This document shows positions 9,900-18,830 of a DNA stretch of 64,000 bases, in pieces. The stretch's first letter is position 1; the number at the start of each line of letters is the position of its first letter. A program made the translations under genes and the position numbers. The notes beneath the pieces were generated by a model, which was not told the origin of the DNA, searched no databases, and saw only the letters and a list, made by a program, of their open reading frames with translations. Origin of the DNA: Myxococcota bacterium. Lineage in GTDB: Bacteria > Myxococcota > Kuafuiibacteriia > Kuafuiibacteriales > Kuafuiibacteriaceae. The stretch is taken from positions 1-64,000 of the forward strand of contig JAYZDF010000004.1 in assembly GCA_036337945.1 (NCBI GenBank), written 5' to 3'.

Positions 9900-11879
9900 C
9901 TAAGCGGCTCCTGCAATGATGCTCAATGCTTCTTCTGCACTAGTAATTCCATTTACCAGTAAATAGTTTGCGTAGCGAGTCATCGGCACATAGGCGCCTT
10001 TGAGAGCGGTCTGCCGCAATTGATAGTGAGTCGCGTTATTTGTGATTTGTTGTCGAAGGTCATCGTCTGCGATCAGGATTTCGTAGACACCGACTCGGCC
10101 TCGATATCCAGTGCCTCCGCAAAAATCGCAACCTGCGGCGCGTTTGATTTCGCCATTAAATTCACGAGGTAGAATTTCATTTATCGCTAATTGCTCATGC
10201 ACATGAGGTGAGATAGGGCCAGATACTGCACAGGCAGGACAGAGTCTTCGAACCAGGCGCTGTGAGATGACACCAACCATTGATGAAGCGATGGCAAAGT
10301 TGTCCAGATCCATCTTACGCAAGCGTTCGATCGTTCCAATCGCGTCATTTGTGTGGAGAGAGGTAAGAACCATGTGCCCGGTCAGGCCTGCTTCAAGAGC
10401 AATTTTTCCCGTTTCTCTGTCACGACACTCGCCAATGAGAATAACGTTCGGATCTTGACGCAGAACAGACCGCAGAACGGAGGAAAATGTTAGTCCGACG
10501 TCGGATTTTATACTGACCTGAGTCATCCCTGGAATGTTGTATTCCACGGGATCTTCTACCGTTGTGATATTGGTTTCGTCGTTCCTTCGAATCCCTAAAG
10601 CAGAGTACAACGTGGTGGTCTTACCGCTGCCTGTTGGTCCGCAAACGTAGACGACACCGTGAGGTCGGGAAACCATTTGCTGAACGACCATACACACTTT
10701 TTCAGCAAGGATGAGCTGTTCCAGAGGCTGCATTGCATTCGCGCTGTCCAATATACGCATCACAACTTTCTCACCGTCGTGCGTGGGAAGGGTGGAAACA
10801 CGCAAGTCAAGTGAGCGACCGTCAGCCTCAAGGCTCATTCGCCCGTCTTGCGGTAGTCTTCGCTCACTGATGTCTAACTCCGCCAGAATCTTGAATCGTG
10901 ATGTGATCGCGCGATGAAGAGCGCGGGGGATGACGCCACCTTGCCGCTTCACAAGTCGCCCTGAACATCGATAGCGAACCACTACACCGGCTCGTTCAGG
11001 TTCAATATGAATATCTGAGGCTTCCAGTTCGATTCCTTCAGCGACAATTCGATCGACCAGCTGTTTTACCTCTTGTCCGCGGGTTCCATCCGTTCGCGGA
11101 TCATTTGAGTCATCTGAGATCCAATGGATGTTGTGGACTCGGTTTTTCGTAGTTTGTCCGGGAACACTCTGCTGCAAAAGAGCTTTATGTTGAGCGAGAA
11201 AGTCGTTGTAATTCTTTTCGCTGACGCCGACGGGGTTGAGTTCTACCCCTCGTATGATTCTTCGAATTTCGTCCAAACCAGCGAGGTTACTCGGGTCAGT
11301 ACATGCGACGGTCAGAATCCCGTCTTGAATGTTCAGGGGAATCATTTTGTGTACTTTTAGGATTCGGTCCGGAACCAATTTGTAGATATCTGGCTCAAAT
11401 TTAAACTTGGAGATATCGGCCATTGTCGTGCCACGTTCTTTGTTCAGGTTCTCAACTCTTTCAGCGAGAACTTGAGCGACGGCAATCGCAACCTCGGGAA
11501 TTTTTTGCAGAACCCGAACAAAGGCTTCGCGAGGAAGGAAGAAAACTTCTGTGGGTTCCATCGCTTTACAGGTCGCGGATCGAGGCGCTGCGGTTAGGAC
11601 AGCCATTTCCCCAAATACTTGACCGGCGCGGAGACGAGCCAATTCAAATTGGAGTCCCACCATAGCTTCGACGATGAACACTCCGACGGAGCCACTCCGA
11701 ACCACGTATAAAGCGTCACCAGCATCTCCTTCAGTAAAGATGACCTCTCCTTTCTCAAAGCTTCGATTCTCGAGACGCTGGGCAATCGCTTGCTGGAATT
11801 TCGGCTGGACGTTCCTAAATAAGGGTACCTGGGAAAGAAAACTGGTGATTTCATCGACGGAAGGTAGTTCCTGAAGCAT
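9900..11879 (-). CDS. GspE/PilB-family secretion ATPase with N-terminal cyclic-nucleotide-binding (cNMP/CAP-like) domain
   Basis: N-terminal cNMP-binding fold (FEKGEVIFTEGDAGDALYVVRSGSV...FGEMAVL), partial T2SSE_N, Walker A GPTGSGKTTT, Asp box, Walker B, His box, tetracysteine CPAC...CDFCGG. Confidence 0.85.
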   Translation of the reverse strand: MLQELPSVDEITSFLSQVPLFRNVQPKFQQAIAQRLENRSFEKGEVIFTEGDAGDALYVVRSGSVGVFIVEAMVGLQFELARLRAGQVFGEMAVLTAAPRSATCKAMEPTEVFFLPREAFVRVLQKIPEVAIAVAQVLAERVENLNKERGTTMADISKFKFEPDIYKLVPDRILKVHKMIPLNIQDGILTVACTDPSNLAGLDEIRRIIRGVELNPVGVSEKNYNDFLAQHKALLQQSVPGQTTKNRVHNIHWISDDSNDPRTDGTRGQEVKQLVDRIVAEGIELEASDIHIEPERAGVVVRYRCSGRLVKRQGGVIPRALHRAITSRFKILAELDISERRLPQDGRMSLEADGRSLDLRVSTLPTHDGEKVVMRILDSANAMQPLEQLILAEKVCMVVQQMVSRPHGVVYVCGPTGSGKTTTLYSALGIRRNDETNITTVEDPVEYNIPGMTQVSIKSDVGLTFSSVLRSVLRQDPNVILIGECRDRETGKIALEAGLTGHMVLTSLHTNDAIGTIERLRKMDLDNFAIASSMVGVISQRLVRRLCPACAVSGPISPHVHEQLAINEILPREFNGEIKRAAGCDFCGGTGYRGRVGVYEILIADDDLRQQITNNATHYQLRQTALKGAYVPMTRYANYLLVNGITSAEEALSIIAGAA

Positions 11880-11955
11880 AGTGAGAGGCTATCGCATAGT
11901 CATGCCGGGCTCCAGATTCCGAAGCCGTGAATACGTCGAAAAAGCTTGAGTATGG

Positions 11956-12984
11956 GTGATAAATTGTGCAACTGGGCTTTTTGGCAACATGCGCGTGTTT
12001 GTCTTGAAGAAATATCCCCGTTACAGCTTGGTACTCTTGCTTGCGATTTTCGCGTGCGAAGGCCAAACATCTGCTCAAAATGAGCCGTCTGCTGCAGAGG
12101 GTACTGCGGCCAATTCAGCGGGAAAAGCAATATTAATTCAACCGGTTACGCTGGATATCCCTGTAGAGGCTCCCCAGAAAAAGGCAGACCCAAACGCCCC
12201 CAAATACGCAGACATTTCTATTACGAGCACCCTAGAAGGTGGATTTGTCCGAGCTGTGGGCCGCGAACTCGGTCCCGCCTTAGCGCAAATAGCCAAAAGA
12301 GCCCTTGTTTGGTGGGTAAACCCTCGGACGGATTTACGCAAAAACGACAAGATTGAGATCGTGTACTCTGTCCATGAAGCCAAAGAGCCCACGATCCATG
12401 CAATTTGGTTTGTTTCGCAAAAGCTCAAAACAACAAAAACCGCAGTTTGGTACAAAGCGGAAAAAAACGAATTTCATAGGTGGTTTCAGCCGGATGGGTC
12501 AGAGCTCGCGCTGCGCCTAAAGAACGCTCCGATCCGGAGATATGAGCAAATTACCTCGCTGCTGAAAGACGGCAGAGGGCATAAAGGTATGGATTTCAAG
12601 AGCCCGGTGGGCTCCAAAATATATGCTCCCTTTAACGCGAAAGTGGTTCGCCGAAATTGGTCGACCCGACGAAACGGCCTTTGTCTCGATCTCCAAAGGG
12701 CGGATGGAGTAAGGATTTACCTTTTACACTTAGACAAAATTCTTCCCAACATCCGCGTGGGTACCCGGGTAAAGACGGGTCAACATATCGCGTTTTCGGG
12801 AAATACCGGGCGGAGCACCGCCCCTCACCTGCATTATCAAATTGAAAAGACACAGCGCGGCCGCGTTCTGGATCCCTTGAAAATGCACAAGACCAGCCGG
12901 TTTCGATTGCAAGGTGATGAAGTGAAGCGTATGCGTCTTAGACTGAGTAGACTGAAAAGTCTGCGTTCGGAGCCTGTGCGATGA
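11956..12984 (+). CDS. M23-family peptidase lipoprotein (alternative start ATG 11989)
   Basis: Lipobox LAIFAC; M23 catalytic motifs HKGMD and HLHYQ. Confidence 0.75.
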   Translation: MINCATGLFGNMRVFVLKKYPRYSLVLLLAIFACEGQTSAQNEPSAAEGTAANSAGKAILIQPVTLDIPVEAPQKKADPNAPKYADISITSTLEGGFVRAVGRELGPALAQIAKRALVWWVNPRTDLRKNDKIEIVYSVHEAKEPTIHAIWFVSQKLKTTKTAVWYKAEKNEFHRWFQPDGSELALRLKNAPIRRYEQITSLLKDGRGHKGMDFKSPVGSKIYAPFNAKVVRRNWSTRRNGLCLDLQRADGVRIYLLHLDKILPNIRVGTRVKTGQHIAFSGNTGRSTAPHLHYQIEKTQRGRVLDPLKMHKTSRFRLQGDEVKRMRLRLSRLKSLRSEPVR

Positions 12985-15401
12985 CAGCGGCTAGAAAAAG
13001 AGTAAACGAATTAGAAATCGTTCAACCTGGCAGTGAAGAAGCCCGTGTAATCGAAGAAGAACTAGAACTTTTATCGAATGTACAACGAGCGTTGGCCGAA
13101 AGAGAGTTTCAAGGCTCAGCAGATGCTGAGTATGACCAGGAACTTGTCTCACTTAGAGATCAGATCTCTGAGGCGCATGTTGAAGATATCGCGCCGCTTG
13201 TGGCGGAAATGTATCGTCTGCAGGCGCTTGGGTCTCGCTCCGGAAGTGGCCGCTCTATTCCCGTTGATGCCGCGTGCCCGTACTTTGGCCATCTCGCTCT
13301 TGATGACGGCAAAAAGAAACGTCACGTTCTCATTGGCAATACCGGGTACGTGCCAAGCAAAGGCAAAGGCACCGCTATTGTTGATTGGCGACACGCACCT
13401 GTCTCCAAAATTTATTACCGCTACGATGAAGGTGAGGATTACGAAGAAGATTTCGGTGGTCGAGTGAGCACGGGAGTTGTTCTGGCTCGTCGAACAGTGA
13501 CGATCAGTAATGGTGAGCTAAGAAGAATTACCTGGTCGAAAGGTTCGGTGGCTCGTCGTCAAAATGGTGACTGGGTCCTGATTTCATCTGGTCAGCGACC
13601 TACTTTGGAAGGTGGTGCTGGTACGGCAAGCCGACCAAGCGCAACGATCGAAAATCATCTTGAGACATACGAACGCGGCCAGCTGGGCGTAGTTGGCGAC
13701 GAGACTCTGCGAGACGACAAGCGTCTACAAGCAATTACGGGCCTCATCGACAAACAGCAGTTCAATCTCATTACAAAACCTGACAGTGGAATCGTCATTC
13801 TTCAGGGTGGCGCGGGTAGCGGAAAGACAACCGTCGCGCTTCATCGCGCGGCGTATTTGCATTATCAAGACCCTCAAGTATTTTCCTCAAAGAACATGCT
13901 CGTCGTCGTGCGTAGCCCCGCATTGACTGAGTATATTGCGAGAGTGCTTCCGTCTTTGGGGGTTCCAGGAATTCCCGTGGTGACGCTGGCGAATTGGATG
14001 CGTGCGACTCGCGAGAAGGTTCTGCCCGAACTCAAGCGTCCTTACGTGGATGATGTGCCACCCGCGGTCGCCAAGCTCAAGAAACATCCCGCGATCATGC
14101 AATTGCTCGAATGGGCTGTTGAAGAAGAGGCTGCGGGCGTTCGTGAGCAGATGCTCACCAAATTCAAAGACTCGAATGCACGCAAAGCAGCGGCGCAAAA
14201 ATGGGATGGCCTGCGTCGTTTGGCATTAATCCCTCGAACCAATGAGATGATGCGTTGGCTTGAGTCAGAAACTTCCGGTCGGGCCGGCTTGAAGCCCGGT
14301 GAACGACGAGAAGCGACCGGCATGCTGAGGCGTTCCATTAAGCAGTCCGCTGATGTTGAAGCAACGTGGTCTGATATCTTGACCGACCGTCGCCTCATCG
14401 CAGAAGCCGTTGAAGAAAGATGTCCGGGTGAAGTTACTCCCGACGAAATTCGGGAATTGGTCAGCTGGGTGAGTATGCAAGCAGACGAGCCTGAACTTGC
14501 TGATTCAGATGATTTTGGCTCAGATGAGTCATCGCGAGAGCATAATTATCATGTTGGTGCTGATGGTCGTCGAATGGATGACGGTTCTTGCCGCGGCAAA
14601 TTTGACGAACATGACGATGCTTTGCTTCTTCGTCTTACGCAACTCAAGCAGGGTTCACTACAAATCTCCGGTTCACATCGCACGGTTGCCTACGAACACG
14701 TTGTTGTCGACGAGGCTCAGGATCTATCACCGACGGATGTTGTCGTGCTCAAGGGTGCTCTTACGAAACGTCAGAGCATGACTTTGGCCGGTGATACCGC
14801 GCAGAAACTTGTCTTTGATAACGGCTTTACCGACTGGAAGGATCTGATTGCAGATCTTGGTATCACGGGTCTGGAAATTGAACCGCTAAGAATCAGTTAT
14901 CGATCAACTCGAGAGGTCATGAGTTTTGCTCAAGACGTTCTCGGTCCACTTGCGCCAGATGAAGAGCCAATAGCAACTCGCAGTGGTGCTGATGTTGAAC
15001 AGTTTGCTTTTGGTACAACCGGAGAAGCCATAGCCTTTATCGGAGAGGCGCTTCGGTCGCTCGTCTTGCGCGAGCGTCGTGCGAGTGTGGCAGTTATTGC
15101 GAGGTACTCCGCGCAAGCGAACATGTACTATGAGGGACTGAAGAATGCTGAGGTTTCGGCGCTGAGGCGTGTGCACGGTAAGGAGTTCTCCTTTGCACCA
15201 GGTATTGATGTTGTTGATGTCGCCCAGATCAAGGGGCTGGAGTACGATTACATCGTATTGGTTGAAGTGAACGAGAACACCTATCCAGAGAATAACGAGG
15301 CACGGCATCTACTACATATCGCCGCGACTCGCGCGGTTTACCAATTGTGGGCAACTTCGGTTGGTCAACCGTCAACTCTTCTCCCTGACGCTGCGGTTTA
15401 A
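12981..15401 (+). CDS. UvrD/HelD-like superfamily-1 DNA helicase
   Basis: Walker A GGAGSGKTT, Walker B VVVDEAQDL, SF1 motifs; N-terminal extension like helicase IV/HelD; ATGA overlap with upstream M23 gene. Confidence 0.8.
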   Translation: MTAARKRVNELEIVQPGSEEARVIEEELELLSNVQRALAEREFQGSADAEYDQELVSLRDQISEAHVEDIAPLVAEMYRLQALGSRSGSGRSIPVDAACPYFGHLALDDGKKKRHVLIGNTGYVPSKGKGTAIVDWRHAPVSKIYYRYDEGEDYEEDFGGRVSTGVVLARRTVTISNGELRRITWSKGSVARRQNGDWVLISSGQRPTLEGGAGTASRPSATIENHLETYERGQLGVVGDETLRDDKRLQAITGLIDKQQFNLITKPDSGIVILQGGAGSGKTTVALHRAAYLHYQDPQVFSSKNMLVVVRSPALTEYIARVLPSLGVPGIPVVTLANWMRATREKVLPELKRPYVDDVPPAVAKLKKHPAIMQLLEWAVEEEAAGVREQMLTKFKDSNARKAAAQKWDGLRRLALIPRTNEMMRWLESETSGRAGLKPGERREATGMLRRSIKQSADVEATWSDILTDRRLIAEAVEERCPGEVTPDEIRELVSWVSMQADEPELADSDDFGSDESSREHNYHVGADGRRMDDGSCRGKFDEHDDALLLRLTQLKQGSLQISGSHRTVAYEHVVVDEAQDLSPTDVVVLKGALTKRQSMTLAGDTAQKLVFDNGFTDWKDLIADLGITGLEIEPLRISYRSTREVMSFAQDVLGPLAPDEEPIATRSGADVEQFAFGTTGEAIAFIGEALRSLVLRERRASVAVIARYSAQANMYYEGLKNAEVSALRRVHGKEFSFAPGIDVVDVAQIKGLEYDYIVLVEVNENTYPENNEARHLLHIAATRAVYQLWATSVGQPSTLLPDAAV

Positions 15402-15510
15402 ACGATAGAAGGGCGATTATTATGGTCTCACTGAGTGCGATACTCTCGGAGCTCAGATAAAGGGCAGCCCTAGGGTTGACTGGTAACGATTCTCGGGTCA
15501 TTGCAAAACC

Positions 15511-16374
15511 GTGAGCGCCCTATTTATACCCTTTCTGTTCATTGTTCTGTTCTTTGCGGCTGGCATTAAGGTCGTCAAAGAGTTTGAGCGAGGAGTTGTT
15601 CTTCGTCTTGGAAAATACACCGGCCAAATCAAGCCTCCCGGTCTTCAGTGGATTATTCCTGGTCTCGATAAAATGTACACCGTTGATACGCGTATTGTAG
15701 CTCGCGATGTTCCTCCCCAGGATGTGATCACTCGCGATAATGTTTCCGTCAAAGTCAACGCAGTGACGTATTTCAAAGTTATTGACCCTGACAAAGCCAT
15801 ACTCAAAGTTGAGAACTATTTGTACGCAACCAGCCAATACGCGCAAACGACTTTACGGTCTATTCTTGGTCAGCACGAGTTAGATGAATTACTCACCGCG
15901 CGAGAAGAGATTAATCAAAGCTTGCAAGAGGTCATTGACCGTCACACCGATGCCTGGGGAGTGAAAGTCACAAGTGTCGAACTAAAACATGTCGACCTTC
16001 CGAGCGAAATGCAGCGCGCGATGGCGAAACAAGCCGAAGCGGAACGTGAACGTCGTGCGAAGGTGATTGCCGCTGAAGGTGAAGTTCAAGCGTCCCAACA
16101 ACTCCAGGAAGCGGCTGCAACAATTGGCAAAGCACCGGGCGCGATGACACTTCGCTATTTACAAACGCTTTCGGAAATTGCGATCGAGAATAATTCGACC
16201 ATTGCGTTTCCGATACCCATCAATCTTCTTGAAGCGCTTGGTGGAACCGGAAGTCCAGTCGGCGATGTGCTCGCTGATACCGCGAAATCGATCGCGGCAC
16301 CAAAAACCTCATCTGCTTTGACGGGGAATGTGTCTGAGTTCGATTCTTCGGATTCTGAAAATACGAACGTGTAA
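15511..16374 (+). CDS. SPFH/band-7 (stomatin/QmcA-like) membrane protein
   Basis: N-terminal TM, band-7 core, coiled coil [16 protein letters not shown]. Confidence 0.85.
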   Translation: MSALFIPFLFIVLFFAAGIKVVKEFERGVVLRLGKYTGQIKPPGLQWIIPGLDKMYTVDTRIVARDVPPQDVITRDNVSVKVNAVTYFKVIDPDKAILKVENYLYATSQYAQTTLRSILGQHELDELLTAREEINQSLQEVIDRHTDAWGVKVTSVELKHVDLPSEMQRAMAKQAEAERERRAKVIAAEGEVQASQQLQEAAATIGKAPGAMTLRYLQTLSEIAIENNSTIAFPIPINLLEALGGTGSPVGDVLADTAKSIAAPKTSSALTGNVSEFDSSDSENTNV

Positions 16375-16376
16375 CC

Positions 16377-17510
16377 GTGTCCACTTGGAACCTCGACGCT
16401 CTTCTTGAAGATACTCCGTGGCAGGGGGTTCCGGAGCCTGATTTTCTAGATTGGCGTTGGCAAGTTCGCAATCGGATCACAACGTTTGAAGAACTTACTC
16501 AACTTTACAAGCTGAGGTCTCAAGACCAAGAAAGTTTTGTTCGTGCAGGAAACACCTTTCGATTTGCGACGACACCTTATTATGCCGCGCTATCAAATAA
16601 AGCTGATGAAGACTGCCCTATTCGAAAGCAAATTGTCCCTACGGAGCAAGAAACGCTAATCACGATTGGGGAACGAGGTGACCCGCTAGGGGAAGAAGAA
16701 CTCGAAGCTGCTCCGAACTTGATTCATCGCTACGAAGACCGAGCTCTTCTTTTGGTTACAGACCGTTGTCCAGTATATTGTCGATTCTGCACTCGTCGCC
16801 GAATTGTTGGTCGAGTCGAAGAACAGTCAACACGAGCTCTTTTAGGTGATGCGTTTGATTACATCCGAAAGACTTCGTGCATTCGAGAAGTAATTTTGTC
16901 GGGCGGAGACGCTCTGATGCTGGGTGACAATCAAATCGATTTTATTCTTCGTGAGCTGCGAAGCATTCCACACGTCGAAATTATTCGAATCGCCACCCGA
17001 ATGCCTGTGACCTGTCCGATGCGGATTACCGAAAAGCTGAGCGCAATTATCAAAAAATATTCTCCGGTCTACGTGATGACTCATTTCAATCACATCAATG
17101 AATGCACCCGGTTTGCTCGGCTTGCTTGTCAACGCCTCGTCGATAACGGAGTGATTGTTTACAATCAGTCTGTGTTACTCAAAGGTGTCAATGATACCGT
17201 CGATGCGATTCGAGACCTTAATCGTTGGTTGGTTCGCCAACGAGTTACGCCCTACTACTTACACCAATGTGATATGGCCGAAGGAATCGAGCATTTTCGA
17301 ACTCCACTTCAGACAGGGATCGGGATCATAGAAGGCCTCCGTGGGCATATGAGTGGACTTGCGGTGCCTCAACTGTGTGTCGATGTTCCGGGTGGTCTAG
17401 GAAAAGTCACTGTTCAACCCTCTTGGATTGTCAATCGTGAGGGCAATCAGATTCGCTTTCGGACCTATAGAGGCGAAACCGCGGATTATTTTGATCCGAT
17501 TGGACCATGA
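16377..17510 (+). CDS. KamA-family radical SAM protein (lysine 2,3-aminomutase / EpmB-like)
   Basis: CPVYCRFCTRRR radical-SAM cluster motif characteristic of KamA family; 377 aa. Confidence 0.85.
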   Translation: MSTWNLDALLEDTPWQGVPEPDFLDWRWQVRNRITTFEELTQLYKLRSQDQESFVRAGNTFRFATTPYYAALSNKADEDCPIRKQIVPTEQETLITIGERGDPLGEEELEAAPNLIHRYEDRALLLVTDRCPVYCRFCTRRRIVGRVEEQSTRALLGDAFDYIRKTSCIREVILSGGDALMLGDNQIDFILRELRSIPHVEIIRIATRMPVTCPMRITEKLSAIIKKYSPVYVMTHFNHINECTRFARLACQRLVDNGVIVYNQSVLLKGVNDTVDAIRDLNRWLVRQRVTPYYLHQCDMAEGIEHFRTPLQTGIGIIEGLRGHMSGLAVPQLCVDVPGGLGKVTVQPSWIVNREGNQIRFRTYRGETADYFDPIGP

Positions 17511-17634
17511 TGCGGCTGTTTCATTGGAATCTCATGAAACATCGTTGACAGAGAGATTTGCGAGTCATAGCGTTTGCCACAATAAGCCGCAATTGAACGC
17601 AGCAGTGTGGTAAGCGGTTTTTAGGGAAGCGAAA

Positions 17635-17910
17635 ATGACAAAAGCCGAATTGATCGAAAAACTTCAGAAAGGTAAGGGCAAGAATCTTTCGAAACGAGCA
17701 CTGGGTGAATTAGTGGATGAGGTTTTTGACAGCATCGCGAAGTCTGTGAAAAAAGAAAAACGTTTCGCGTATCCAGGCTTCGGCACATGGACTGTAAAAA
17801 AGCGGGCAGCTCGCGTTGGTCGAAATCCACGTACTGGCGAAGAAATTAAAATCTCTGCGTCAAAGACTGTTGCCTTTAAGCCGGCGCCAAATCTCAAGAA
17901 TATTTTATAG
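17635..17910 (+). CDS. hup: HU/IHF-family DNA-binding protein
   Basis: Canonical HU sequence (MTKAELIEKL...GFGTW...RNPRTGEEIKI). Confidence 0.9.
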   Translation: MTKAELIEKLQKGKGKNLSKRALGELVDEVFDSIAKSVKKEKRFAYPGFGTWTVKKRAARVGRNPRTGEEIKISASKTVAFKPAPNLKNIL

Positions 17911-17957
17911 TCGCTGGAGACAGTAACACTTCTCTGGAAAGTCATGAGAACGCATAG

Positions 17958-18830
17958 GTGTCACGCATGCGCATAGCCCACTTTTCAGACGTTCATTGCA
18001 CAATCAATCCATTGATTCGACGGCCCCACCGGGTCATCGGAAAACGAATAATGGGAAGTCTCAATTATTTTTTTGGAGGCCGACGAACTCATTTCGCCCA
18101 AAGTGATGAAAGGCTCAAGCTTCTACTCGCAGATGTCGACGCACAGTCACCCGACCACGTGATTTGTACAGGGGACCTTACGCAAATGAGTTTCCCTGAA
18201 GAGTTCGAAACGGCAGCGAAAATTTTTGGCGAACGCCTGGAAAGTCCATCTCGATTTACTGTCATTCCCGGAAATCACGATCGATATACAAAGGTGACAG
18301 ACCAAGGGCGACATTTTGAAAACTGGTTCGCTAGCTTATGTGAAGAGGGAGCCTTCCCTTTTACAAAACGCCTTTCTGATTCAGTTACTCTCGTTGGTCT
18401 TGATCCTTGTCGCGCAACCGGTATGGCCGACTCATCAGGACTTCTTGGAAAAGAACAATTGTCGGCTCTAAAAGAGGTACTTCGTCAGCTCAGCGCAGAG
18501 AATCAATTCGTCATAATTGCTCTTCACTATGCTCCATTTCGGAAAAACGGGAATCCTGATCGCCCGAATCATGGACTGCGTGACCTTGACGCATTTCTCA
18601 AAATTGTTGAGCAGGAGGGATCGTCAGTTCGCATGGTTATCCATGGACACATTCACGGCTCCTACCAGCTCGATCGAAACGGATGCACTTATGTATGCTC
18701 CGGAAGCGCCACGGACCTGTACGGAGCGTGTGGCTATAATTTGTATGATATTGATTCTGAACAAGGTCTTATTCAGGTGACTCGGCGTCTGTGGAGTCGT
18801 GAAGAAAATCAATATGTCTTAGAGAAATGA
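17958..18830 (+). CDS. calcineurin-like metallophosphoesterase
   Basis: Motifs HFSDVH, GDLTQ, GNHD, HGHIH. Confidence 0.75.
   Translation: MSRMRIAHFSDVHCTINPLIRRPHRVIGKRIMGSLNYFFGGRRTHFAQSDERLKLLLADVDAQSPDHVICTGDLTQMSFPEEFETAAKIFGERLESPSRFTVIPGNHDRYTKVTDQGRHFENWFASLCEEGAFPFTKRLSDSVTLVGLDPCRATGMADSSGLLGKEQLSALKEVLRQLSAENQFVIIALHYAPFRKNGNPDRPNHGLRDLDAFLKIVEQEGSSVRMVIHGHIHGSYQLDRNGCTYVCSGSATDLYGACGYNLYDIDSEQGLIQVTRRLWSREENQYVLEK

Noticed and set aside
15402-15510. Possible terminator/promoter in helicase-SPFH intergenic region (CTGAG...CTCAG, TTGACT)
   Set aside because: Stem only 5 bp with no T-tract; -10 partner for TTGACT not convincing
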